Origin: Tubulanus polymorphus
Lineage: Eukaryota; Animalia; Nemertea
Direction: 5' to 3'
Assembly: GCF_964204645.1 (NCBI RefSeq)
Contig: NC_134029.1
Location: 17,850,950 to 17,914,949 of the forward strand
Length of the DNA: 64,000 nt
The position numbers and the translations under genes were made by a program. Below the pieces are notes generated by a model, which did not search any database, had not been told where the DNA came from, and was given only the letters and a program-made list of their open reading frames with translations. The stretch's first letter is position 1; each line of letters begins with the position of its first letter. Shown piece after piece: positions 63,934-64,000 of this stretch.

Positions 63934-64000
63934 CTACAAAAAATAAAAATAGATCAATGAATTTTTGAAAGGTTTGAGACTTTTTTTTACAGGGCAATAA

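Overview
AT-rich animal genomic DNA with spliceosomal introns, probably from a marine invertebrate (inference). Host genes: the last two coding exons of DYNC2H1 (+), an intronless alpha-1,2-fucosyltransferase (GT11, +), a beta-1,3-galactosyltransferase-like gene (GT31, -), a complete five-SH3 SH3D19/Eve-1-like gene (-) and the 3' part of KIBRA/WWC (-). The rest is rich in transposon debris: two decayed LINEs, Helentron-associated (HINE/DINE-1-like) elements, tRNA-derived SINEs and many MITEs. The standout is a young 3,141-bp element at 13288-16428 that is almost entirely one palindrome. It has AGT...ACT ends, a perfect 6-bp target-site duplication (CACGCA) and a ~190-bp fold-back hairpin at each end. 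It also carries a ~200-aa zinc-finger ORF in each arm and a head-to-head 24-bp satellite at the axis. The ends and TSD fit a non-autonomous Maverick/Polinton-type element, but the hairpin-ended inverted-dimer architecture is unusual. A candidate minimal hammerhead ribozyme lies at 42431-42472. All calls were made by eye; no database searches were run.
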